IMG/VR virus record: IMGVR_UViG_3300017917_001123
Coordinates: 62,001-126,000 of that record
Direction: 5' to 3' (one strand)
DNA: 64,000 bases
The notes below the pieces were generated by a model. It made no database searches. It had not been told where the DNA came from and was given only the letters and a program-made list of their open reading frames with translations. Position 1 is the first letter of the stretch; each line of letters opens with the position of its first letter. The position numbers and the translations under genes were made by a program. Below are positions 8,027 to 15,384 of the stretch, in pieces.

Positions 8027-8463
8027 GTCAAGAAAAAACACAAAGAGTTATGGATCAGGCCCAACGTCAAATCTGGGTAACCTTTCGCAAAGAAGGCATT
8101 CACAAATATCCTGCGGCCGCAACGGACCCCGCACTAGCAACCGGAGACGAATATGATGTTTCGTTCCTTGGTGTTCCTCATCGTCATATCTTCCATTTCC
8201 GGGTGTGGATTGATGTGTTCCACAATGACCGGGACATCGAATTCATCCAATTCAAACGTTGGCTCGAGAACCTGTATAATGGTCAAGGTGCCGTATTAGA
8301 ACTAAATTATAAGTCATGCGAGATGATCGCAGATGACTTATATCAGCAGATTACTTTGCGATATCCAGATCGCAACGTAAGCATTGAGGTAGCCGAGGAC
8401 GGCGAGAACGGATGCCTCATTCATTATAACCTTTCTCGCCCGTATCAAACTCTTTCTATTTAA
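8023..8463 (+). CDS. QueD-like T-fold protein of DpdL type (proposed CDG decarboxylase)
   Basis: H(KYP)...LGVPHRHIF = LxxxHRHxF in place of the QueD CxxxHGH; SCEM and C-terminal AEDGENG are the T-fold Glu positions. Confidence 0.75.
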   Translation: MSQEKTQRVMDQAQRQIWVTFRKEGIHKYPAAATDPALATGDEYDVSFLGVPHRHIFHFRVWIDVFHNDRDIEFIQFKRWLENLYNGQGAVLELNYKSCEMIADDLYQQITLRYPDRNVSIEVAEDGENGCLIHYNLSRPYQTLSI

Positions 8464-8474
8464 AGGAAAAGAAA

Positions 8475-8699
8475 ATGTCGCAACCAAAGTGGCTCGACAA
8501 ATATCTGGTTATGAAACCAGAAGTCAACAAGATCTTCGACGATCTTGAAGCATGGCACGATCATTGCCGTTTTGAAATGATCAACTTCAATCCGGCAGAC
8601 TTGTACAAGTCTAGGGAGTACAAGGAGTTTGCCAATAAGGGCAAGCGCCGTTTCCACAACTACAACGGATCGAAGCCATACCGTAAATTCAACCAATGA
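8475..8699 (+). CDS. hypothetical protein
   Basis: SD AAGGA; 74 aa; ATGA overlap with the glycosyltransferase. Confidence 0.65.
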   Translation: MSQPKWLDKYLVMKPEVNKIFDDLEAWHDHCRFEMINFNPADLYKSREYKEFANKGKRRFHNYNGSKPYRKFNQ

Positions 8700-9778
8700 C
8701 AGTATTCTTAGTAGACTTAGAAGCTGTTGAAACTAGGTACACTGGTCAGTGGAAGACTTGGGTACCTAGTCTTCTTAAAAAGGCGGGACACGATGTCACA
8801 GTTATCTCTGGACCTACTGACATTCCTAACAGTACCACTCCTGGTGCTTTTCTCAATTTTGGTGGTACAAATATATACAAAGCGAGACAAGTTGAGGAAT
8901 TTAGTAGGCTATTTTGCGCCGGAACAGTTAAGCCTGGCGATCATTTTCTGTTTACTGATGCTTGGCATCCTGGCATCACGAATCTAAAATACATGAGCGA
9001 GCTTCTTAACATACCTGTTAAGATTCACGCATTATGGCATGCTGGTAGTTACGATCCTCAAGACTTCCTAGGTCGTCTAATCGGAGATGCTCCTTGGGTT
9101 AGACACGCCGAAAAGAGTTTCTTCGAGTCAATCGATCACAACTATTTTGCTACAGACTTTCACATCGACATGTTCTTACATAATCTGCTCGACTTAGGTC
9201 GTTTTGCAGATAAAGAAATTGTCTTTGAAATGTTCAATACAGGAAAGATTGTACGTACTGGATGGCCAATGGAATATATGGAAGATACACTCTTAGACTA
9301 TAAAAATATGCCTAAGCGTGATTTGATTCTATTCCCGCATCGTATAGCACCCGAGAAGCAAGTTGAGATTTTTAGAGATCTCAAAGAACAGCTACCACAA
9401 TACGAATTTATTGTGTGTCAGGATCAACAGCTAACAAAGAATGAGTATCATAATTTGTTAGGCGAGTCGAAGTTGGTATTCAGTGCGAACTTACAAGAAA
9501 CCCTAGGTATTAGTTGGTACGAAGGTGCCATTGTAGATGCTATTCCTATGGTTCCAGATCGTCTAAGCTATTCAGAAATGGCATTTGATACATTTAAGTA
9601 TCCTAGTGAATGGACTGAAAGTTATGACGCCTATCTCAAACATAGACAAGAAATCTGCTTTAAGATAATCCAGTATATGGACAATTACGATCATATGTTA
9701 CCTATGCTTCGTAAGCAGACAGCTTATCTAACAGAAAACTTTTTTAGTGCTACAAAACTATTGGAAAATATAAAATGA
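8696..9778 (+). CDS. GT-B (GT4-like) glycosyltransferase
   Basis: FPHRIAPEK donor-binding loop; E-x7-E motif (QETLGISWYEG); VPDRLSYSE; two-domain length of 360 aa. Confidence 0.85.
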   Translation: MTVFLVDLEAVETRYTGQWKTWVPSLLKKAGHDVTVISGPTDIPNSTTPGAFLNFGGTNIYKARQVEEFSRLFCAGTVKPGDHFLFTDAWHPGITNLKYMSELLNIPVKIHALWHAGSYDPQDFLGRLIGDAPWVRHAEKSFFESIDHNYFATDFHIDMFLHNLLDLGRFADKEIVFEMFNTGKIVRTGWPMEYMEDTLLDYKNMPKRDLILFPHRIAPEKQVEIFRDLKEQLPQYEFIVCQDQQLTKNEYHNLLGESKLVFSANLQETLGISWYEGAIVDAIPMVPDRLSYSEMAFDTFKYPSEWTESYDAYLKHRQEICFKIIQYMDNYDHMLPMLRKQTAYLTENFFSATKLLENIK

Positions 9779-10557
9779 AGATTGGAATCGTCGGCGCCGG
9801 ATTTGTAGGTGGCGCAGTTAAAAATGCCTACGATACGTTTCAAGTACCTGTTTTGGTACACGATCCTGTTAAAGGATTTGTTGCCAGCTGGGAAGAACTT
9901 AAAACCTGTGATGGCGTTTATGTCTGCGTCCCTAGTCCCACTTCCGATACCGGCGAGTGCGATACAAGTATCTTAGAAGATGTTCTTAAAAATCTAGCAG
10001 GTATGGAAGGTGTTATTATTAGTAAAGTAACAGCACCTCCGGGTGTTTATTCTAAACTACAAGTAATCTACCCTAATCTAGTTCACGCACCAGAGTTTCT
10101 TGTTGCGGCAACTGCTAACGAAGATTATATCAATGGTACTTTTGCCTACATCGGCGGTGCTGAAGAATATTGTCAAAAGGCTGAAGCAGTTATCCGTGCT
10201 AGCCAACCAAGTTTGACAGATGTTACTTACTGTACCATTACCGAAGCAAGCCTAGCAAAATACACCATTAACAGTTTCCTAGCTACTAAGGTTGTGTTTA
10301 TGAATCAAATTTATGATCTAGCACAGCAACTAGGTGTAAACTTTAACTCGCTAACCAACATGCTTCTAAGCGAAAAGCGTTTTGGCAACAGTCACATGCG
10401 TGTTCCTGGTCCAGACGGAAGCAGAGGTTTTGGCGGAGCATGTTTTCCTAAAGATACTGCCGCACTAGTCTATGAAGCAGAAAGAGCAGGAGTTGATTTT
10501 TCCTTACTTAAGAGTGCTATCAGTGCTAATAAAAAGCTACGCGGCCTTGACAAGTAA
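9775..10557 (+). CDS. UDP-glucose/GDP-mannose 6-dehydrogenase-family protein lacking the C-terminal domain
   Basis: GxGxxG (GAGFVG), CVPSP, KVTAPPG, PEFL, EASLAKY, GFGGACFPKD (catalytic Cys); ends at 260 aa. Confidence 0.88.
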   Translation: MKIGIVGAGFVGGAVKNAYDTFQVPVLVHDPVKGFVASWEELKTCDGVYVCVPSPTSDTGECDTSILEDVLKNLAGMEGVIISKVTAPPGVYSKLQVIYPNLVHAPEFLVAATANEDYINGTFAYIGGAEEYCQKAEAVIRASQPSLTDVTYCTITEASLAKYTINSFLATKVVFMNQIYDLAQQLGVNFNSLTNMLLSEKRFGNSHMRVPGPDGSRGFGGACFPKDTAALVYEAERAGVDFSLLKSAISANKKLRGLDK

Positions 10558-10576
10558 ACCTAAATATTAGTATAAT
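10547..10576 (+). promoter_or_regulatory. sigma70 promoter with TAAATA in the spacer (folE)
   Basis: TTGACA(10547-52)-18 nt-TATAAT(10571-76); TAAATA at 10561-66. Confidence 0.75.
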
Positions 10577-10583
10577 AACATAT

Positions 10584-10609
10584 GGCAATCCTCTGCCTTA
10601 ACATCGGAG
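10584..10609 (+). promoter_or_regulatory. candidate H-type pseudoknot in the folE 5' leader
   Basis: GGCA-ATCCTC-TGCC hairpin followed by TTAACATC; the loop is complementary to SD GGAG. Confidence 0.4.
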
Positions 10610-10615
10610 TATTAA

Positions 10616-11311
10616 ATGAGTGAAAAAAATTTAGCGCAAGCAATTAGAGAAAACATGAGACGCAACGGAAAGCGTTTCTGGGCTGGCGACAATATCAGCG
10701 AATACGTAGACGAAAATGTTCTCCCCGAACTGGTAGACGAAGCAACAGAAGCGTTTGAAAAAGTGTTGGATGCGTTGTTAATTGATCGCGAAACAGATCC
10801 TAATAGTAAGGGCACAGCACGTAGACTGGCCAAAATGTACTTTAACGAAATAATGGCAGGAAGATATGCCCCAGCACCAGACGCAACAAGTTTCCCTAAC
10901 GATTCGGAGGACCGCTACGAAGGTATGTTGGTTGTTCGCAGTGAGCTTCGCAGTATGTGTAGCCATCATCACCAACCCGTTACTGGTGTTGCCTATATTG
11001 GTATTATTGCGGCTCAACACCTCATTGGCCTCTCTAAGTACACAAGGATTGCCCAATGGTGCGCCCGACGTGGTACTCTCCAGGAGGAACTTGCTAATGA
11101 TATTGCTCGCGAGATCGCCAAAGCCACAGGAGCAAAAGACCTAGGAGTTTATATTCAAGCCACGCATGGTTGCTGTGAAAATCGTGGCATTATGGCACAT
11201 AGTTCTTTAACACAAACAACTGTATTACGTGGTGCGTTTAAAGATGATCCAGGCACAAAGAAGGAATTCTTTGACAACATTAAACTCCAACAAGAGTTTG
11301 CTCCAAGATAA
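10616..11311 (+). CDS. folE: GTP cyclohydrolase I
   Basis: SMCSHHHQP, IGLSKYTRI, LQEEL, HGCCENRG (Zn ligands Cys/His/Cys). Confidence 0.95.
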   Translation: MSEKNLAQAIRENMRRNGKRFWAGDNISEYVDENVLPELVDEATEAFEKVLDALLIDRETDPNSKGTARRLAKMYFNEIMAGRYAPAPDATSFPNDSEDRYEGMLVVRSELRSMCSHHHQPVTGVAYIGIIAAQHLIGLSKYTRIAQWCARRGTLQEELANDIAREIAKATGAKDLGVYIQATHGCCENRGIMAHSSLTQTTVLRGAFKDDPGTKKEFFDNIKLQQEFAPR

Positions 11312-11324
11312 GAAAGGAACTATT

Positions 11325-11711
11325 ATGGGCGAAACAGGATACGCAGTAGAAGCAGAAGCATATATTCCAGAACAAAAGAAAAAGAAAAAGGGAAACTTTA
11401 TCTCACGTTGGATGCTTAAGGCTCTAAAGAGCGCAGTAGCAGAAGAACAACAACAAGAAAAAGAAAGAGCCGCAATGAATCAAATTAAAATGCCACGAAG
11501 CATCGGTACTATCCAAAGTGGTCCATCTTTAGATAGCGATAAGGGAATTCGCTTCCAAGTATATAAAGCACAAGGCGGATTTGTTGTTGAAACTAACTCC
11601 TACGATAGAACTAGAGATCGTCATTTTAGCAGTCTTCATATTGTTGGCGACGATGAAAAGTTTGGTGATAAAATTGAAAAAATTATCACCATGGAGGCAC
11701 TTAAACAGTGA
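11325..11711 (+). CDS. hypothetical protein
   Basis: ATG 11325 with SD AAGGA; the longer ORF-track start overlaps folE. Confidence 0.7.
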   Translation: MGETGYAVEAEAYIPEQKKKKKGNFISRWMLKALKSAVAEEQQQEKERAAMNQIKMPRSIGTIQSGPSLDSDKGIRFQVYKAQGGFVVETNSYDRTRDRHFSSLHIVGDDEKFGDKIEKIITMEALKQ

Positions 11712-11929
11712 ACCCAGATAGCGTTATGTACGAAATGTTTGACGGATACGTTACTATGTCGTCCGTTGATGCTCAACATGAGTGGATGAACCGATATCGT
11801 ATTGACGCTATCCGGATGGGCCGTATGTGTGAAAAGTTCCCAGCTTTACAAAAGTCATGGGACGATTTTAAATTAATCTACGAAATTTGCCGGAGTCAAG
11901 ATGACATCGATCGACAAACTCATAATTAA
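11708..11929 (+). CDS. hypothetical protein
   Basis: GTGA overlap; SD GGAGG. Confidence 0.65.
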   Translation: MNPDSVMYEMFDGYVTMSSVDAQHEWMNRYRIDAIRMGRMCEKFPALQKSWDDFKLIYEICRSQDDIDRQTHN

Positions 11930-12458
11930 CCAATCTCACTTTAACAGTCTTGTAAGTAAAATTTGCAGAGACATTACTGTTAGTGGTTGGAGACCTGACT
12001 ACATTGTTGGAATTACACGGGGAGGTCTTCTCCCTGCTCTTATGATGAGTCACTACTTTAATGTCCCGTTACATACACTAAATGTAAGTCTACGAGATAA
12101 TACAAATATAGGACCTGAATCAAATTTATGGATGGCCGAGGATGCGTTCGGTTACGATAGCAATCCAGAAACTTCAATTAAATCTAACGCAGATCTTAAA
12201 AAGAAAATTCTTATAGTAGATGACATTAATGATAGCGGAGCAACACTTAACTGGATTATGAAGGATTGGCAGTCTGGATGTTTACCTAATCAAAACGACT
12301 GGAATTATATCTGGAATAATAATGTAAAGTTTGCTGTAATTGTTGATAACCTAGCTAGTAAGTGTGATGTTAAAATGGACTTTGTTGGCATGGAAGTTAA
12401 TAAAGCAGAAAAAGATGTATGGGTTGATTTCCCATACGAGGATTGGTGGACAAAATGA
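11901..12458 (+). CDS. type I purine phosphoribosyltransferase (Gpt-like)
   Basis: IVGITRGGL, PRPP-binding ILIVDDINDSGATL, C-terminal WVDFPYE. Confidence 0.9.
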   Translation: MTSIDKLIINQSHFNSLVSKICRDITVSGWRPDYIVGITRGGLLPALMMSHYFNVPLHTLNVSLRDNTNIGPESNLWMAEDAFGYDSNPETSIKSNADLKKKILIVDDINDSGATLNWIMKDWQSGCLPNQNDWNYIWNNNVKFAVIVDNLASKCDVKMDFVGMEVNKAEKDVWVDFPYEDWWTK

Positions 12459-12658
12459 AATTAGTAAGACCCGGAACACGATGGTGGGATGGCACAAATA
12501 AAAGGTTTCTCGTACTCGCTGTAGTCGAAACAGACGATGGACATACATGGGTACATTACAGAGAAGACAAAGGAATAAAAACTCCAGCAACGGACTGTAA
12601 AGAATATAGCTGTTACATTGAGAGTTTTGAACAAAGATTTAGAAGCTTACCAGAATGA
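12455..12658 (+). CDS. small hypothetical protein (DUF1653-like pattern)
   Basis: ATGA overlap with the PRTase stop; all-beta pattern ending FEQRF. Confidence 0.55.
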   Translation: MKLVRPGTRWWDGTNKRFLVLAVVETDDGHTWVHYREDKGIKTPATDCKEYSCYIESFEQRFRSLPE

Positions 12659-13026
12659 CAAGATTAGAAGGATTCGTACAAAAGGGTTGGGGACACGAAT
12701 TAATTTGGTGTACCACTGACAAATACTGTGGCAAACTTTTGAAATTTAACAAAGGTGCCAAATTCAGTATGCACTTCCATGCTGAAAAAGATGAGACTTG
12801 GTTTGTCCTAGATGGCAAGTTCGAAGTGAAGTTTATCGACACTAAAGACGCACATCAAGGAAGCGCAATTCTTAATCCAGGTGATACGTGGCATAATCCG
12901 CCACTATTCCCACATCAAGTTATTTGTCTAGAAGAAGGTACTATCATCGAAGTTAGTACGCCCGATTCAATTCAAGACAACTATCGAGTAATGCCCGGAG
13001 ATAGTCAACGTGAGAGTAATGGTTAA
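12655..13026 (+). CDS. cupin (sugar-phosphate isomerase-like)
   Basis: KGWGHE, SMHFHAEKDETW, HNPPLFPHQ, EVST. Confidence 0.85.
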   Translation: MTRLEGFVQKGWGHELIWCTTDKYCGKLLKFNKGAKFSMHFHAEKDETWFVLDGKFEVKFIDTKDAHQGSAILNPGDTWHNPPLFPHQVICLEEGTIIEVSTPDSIQDNYRVMPGDSQRESNG

Positions 13027-13411
13027 CGGCACCTTTGATATTGTCCATAGAGGACATATCGAACTACTAAACTACGCAAAAAGTCAAGGCGATTTTTTGC
13101 TAGTTGCCATTGATACAGATCGTAGAGTTAAAGAACTCAAAGGAGAAAAACGTCCTATTAATAATCAATGGGACAGGTGGTTTTTGCTTGATAACCTACG
13201 AGCTGTAGATACTGTTAGATTTTTTGATAGTAAAGAAGAGCTAATAGAGATAATGAAAGAATACAAACCAGATGTCTACGTTAAGGGCGGGGATTGGAAA
13301 CGAGACAAGCCTGGTACAGCAGAACAATATTGTGATAAAGTAATTTACTATGACAGAGTCGGTTCATATTCAACAACCAAAACCATTGACGATATTATTA
13401 ATCGGGGATGA
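13010..13411 (+). CDS. nucleotidyltransferase, HldE/RfaE domain II-like
   Basis: NGTFDIVHRGH (HxGH), KG..RPIN, VKGGDW, STT. Confidence 0.88.
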   Translation: MRVMVNGTFDIVHRGHIELLNYAKSQGDFLLVAIDTDRRVKELKGEKRPINNQWDRWFLLDNLRAVDTVRFFDSKEELIEIMKEYKPDVYVKGGDWKRDKPGTAEQYCDKVIYYDRVGSYSTTKTIDDIINRG

Positions 13412-14120
13412 TTGCCTCGACGTCTACCAATTCGGTAGCGTAGATCGCATTTCGCCCGAGGCGCCTGTTCCCGTCTTTAAGTACGGGCGGAATGAAACTG
13501 TAGGCGGAATGGCACGTAACGTGAAGCGCAATCTAGAAGAACTAGGTTGTATTGTTACTTACATGTGCGGACAAACAAGTGTTAAGACACGCCTTATCGA
13601 CCAAAGATCAAAACAACATGTTCTCCGCGTAGACAACGACAATCGCAGTCAACCCCTATTATTTGAAGACATTCCATTCAACCTAAATAGTGCTAATCTA
13701 GATGCTATTGTAGTGTCTGACTATGACAAAGGTTATGTTAGTTACGAACTAATCGAAAAACTAATTGCTAATTTTAAAGGACCTGTATTTGTTGATACAA
13801 AGAAAACAGACTTAAAGCGATTAGAAGGCGCATACATTAAAATCAATGAGCTCGAGTATAGTAAATTGATTACTAAATGCTCAGGAATTATTGTTACACT
13901 AGGAGAAAAGGGTGCTCGTTACAACGACGTAATTGTGCCGGCTCCTAAGGTAGAAGTTAGTGATGTTTGCGGAGCAGGAGATACCTTTTTATCTGCTCTC
14001 ACATATAGATATTGCCTAAGTAAAGATATTATAGATGCTATGGAATTTGCGGTTAAGGCAAGCTCTATAACAGTACAGCATCTAGGAAATTACGCACCAG
14101 CGTTAGGAGAATTAAAATGA
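13350..14120 (+). CDS. PfkB sugar kinase, HldE/RfaE domain I-like
   Basis: GDDCLD..RISPEAPVP, GGMARNV, VSDYDKG, KINE, DVCGAGDTF. Confidence 0.9.
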   Translation: MTESVHIQQPKPLTILLIGDDCLDVYQFGSVDRISPEAPVPVFKYGRNETVGGMARNVKRNLEELGCIVTYMCGQTSVKTRLIDQRSKQHVLRVDNDNRSQPLLFEDIPFNLNSANLDAIVVSDYDKGYVSYELIEKLIANFKGPVFVDTKKTDLKRLEGAYIKINELEYSKLITKCSGIIVTLGEKGARYNDVIVPAPKVEVSDVCGAGDTFLSALTYRYCLSKDIIDAMEFAVKASSITVQHLGNYAPALGELK

Positions 14121-14446
14121 AATTTGGTGGATGGGATGTAGGCGGAAAAGTTGTTAAACAAAGTGACGTCTACACAGTAAAAGATAATACAGCATTAAAA
14201 AATTTAATCGTTAGTTCAACAACACTACATCCGGGCAAGAGTACATCCGGGCATAGCCACGCAGGCCAAGAAGAAGTTTATCAATTTATTCGAGGCCAAG
14301 GAAAGATGACTTTAGATAATGAGACCTTTAATGTCTACCCAGGTGATGTAGTGTTAATTCAAGACGGGGTGTTTCATCGTGTTCATAACACCGGACATGA
14401 AGACATGTACTTTGTTTGTGTTTTTGATGGGAAGAGGAATCACTAA
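14117..14446 (+). CDS. cupin domain protein
   Basis: GHSHAGQEEVY...GDVVLI..GVFHRV. Confidence 0.85.
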   Translation: MKFGGWDVGGKVVKQSDVYTVKDNTALKNLIVSSTTLHPGKSTSGHSHAGQEEVYQFIRGQGKMTLDNETFNVYPGDVVLIQDGVFHRVHNTGHEDMYFVCVFDGKRNH

Positions 14447-14856
14447 TGTTTAAACAAGACAATCATATTTTTAAAGGCATACCGGACGATATCGAGGATA
14501 GCAAGGCTCCGTGGACTGAACTTATTGCTGAAGACTATCATGTAAAAGTTTTCAAAGACAAATATCCCTGTACGCCCGGGCACTTGTTGTACGTGCCTAA
14601 ATATAACACCTTAGGAGTTTTAAGCGATGCGTTTGAAGATGCTGTTAGATACGGTAAGACAATGGTGGAAGCCGGAGAATGGGACGGTTTCAATGTTGGA
14701 CTTAACTATGGCGAAAGCGCAGGTCAAACTGTGCCTTGGCCTCATATTCATCTTATCCCGCGCAGAAACGGCGACGTCAAAGATCCGATCGGCGGTGTTC
14801 GAAACACGATCCCGGGCAAAGGAAACTATCGCTCTCCGGACTATTCAAACGATTAA
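14446..14856 (+). CDS. HIT family nucleotide hydrolase
   Basis: DKYP..PGHLLYVPK, AGQTVPWPHIHLIPR (first triad His replaced by Trp). Confidence 0.85.
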   Translation: MFKQDNHIFKGIPDDIEDSKAPWTELIAEDYHVKVFKDKYPCTPGHLLYVPKYNTLGVLSDAFEDAVRYGKTMVEAGEWDGFNVGLNYGESAGQTVPWPHIHLIPRRNGDVKDPIGGVRNTIPGKGNYRSPDYSND

Positions 14857-14908
14857 ACCAGCAACTTTTACTTATAACACAAGTGGAAATATTGGAATAG
14901 GAAACACC

Positions 14909-15223
14909 ATGCCACCTGCAGGTCAATTTGTTTTTAAATCGTACGAAAAAAGTATTTTAACTATAACTGCCGACGGTGATGTAATTTGGAACGGCAAACC
15001 GAGTCAAGCCGCAGAGGTTTTGGTTAAAAGTTTCCAAATGGCTGTTGAAGATAAAAAGGGTGTTACCAAAGCGGCCAAGCGTAGGTATTATTATCAAGCC
15101 TGTAAAAATATTCTAAATAAAGCTGAAAAAATGGAACATAAGGAGTTTATTGACTTTCTCCAAAAGCAAGTGTATAATAGAGAACGTAAAGTCATTATTG
15201 ATAGTTTAAAAGGAGATTCATAA
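14909..15223 (+). CDS. hypothetical protein
   Basis: ATG 14909 with SD AGGA; start uncertain (frame is open back to 14627 across HIT). Confidence 0.6.
   Translation: MPPAGQFVFKSYEKSILTITADGDVIWNGKPSQAAEVLVKSFQMAVEDKKGVTKAAKRRYYYQACKNILNKAEKMEHKEFIDFLQKQVYNRERKVIIDSLKGDS
15150..15178 (+). promoter_or_regulatory. intragenic sigma70 promoter for the CDGSH-queE pair
   Basis: TTGACT-17 nt-TATAAT inside the preceding CDS. Confidence 0.6.
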
Positions 15224-15384
15224 TGCAAGTAAGAGCTTCAGCAGATGTAGGTAAGTGCGGTTGCGGTCGTAGCCCAACTGGTAAATGTATCGGATGGCAT
15301 GGCCTAACCGAAGACGAGTTTAAGAAAAAACTCGAGGAATATAAACTTACTGAACAAAAAGCTACAGGAACTCCAAGTGAGTAA
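15223..15384 (+). CDS. CDGSH/NEET-type [2Fe-2S] miniprotein (53 aa, absent from the ORF track)
   Basis: MQVRASADVGKCGCGRSPTGKCIGWHGLTEDEFKKKLEEYK...; C-x-C-x2-S-x4-C-x-G-x-H; SD AGGAG; TAATG coupling; overlaps the queE start. Confidence 0.75.
   Translation: MQVRASADVGKCGCGRSPTGKCIGWHGLTEDEFKKKLEEYKLTEQKATGTPSE

Noticed and set aside
10584-10615. Assignment as a canonical preQ1-I or THF-II (folE motif) riboswitch
   Set aside because: Loop is too short and the consensus nucleotides do not match what I recall; reported only as a candidate.
14627-14908. N-terminal extension of the 198-aa ORF overlapping HIT
   Set aside because: 230-nt out-of-frame overlap with a well-supported gene and no SD; ATG 14909 has an SD. 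A non-canonical start near 14828 cannot be excluded.
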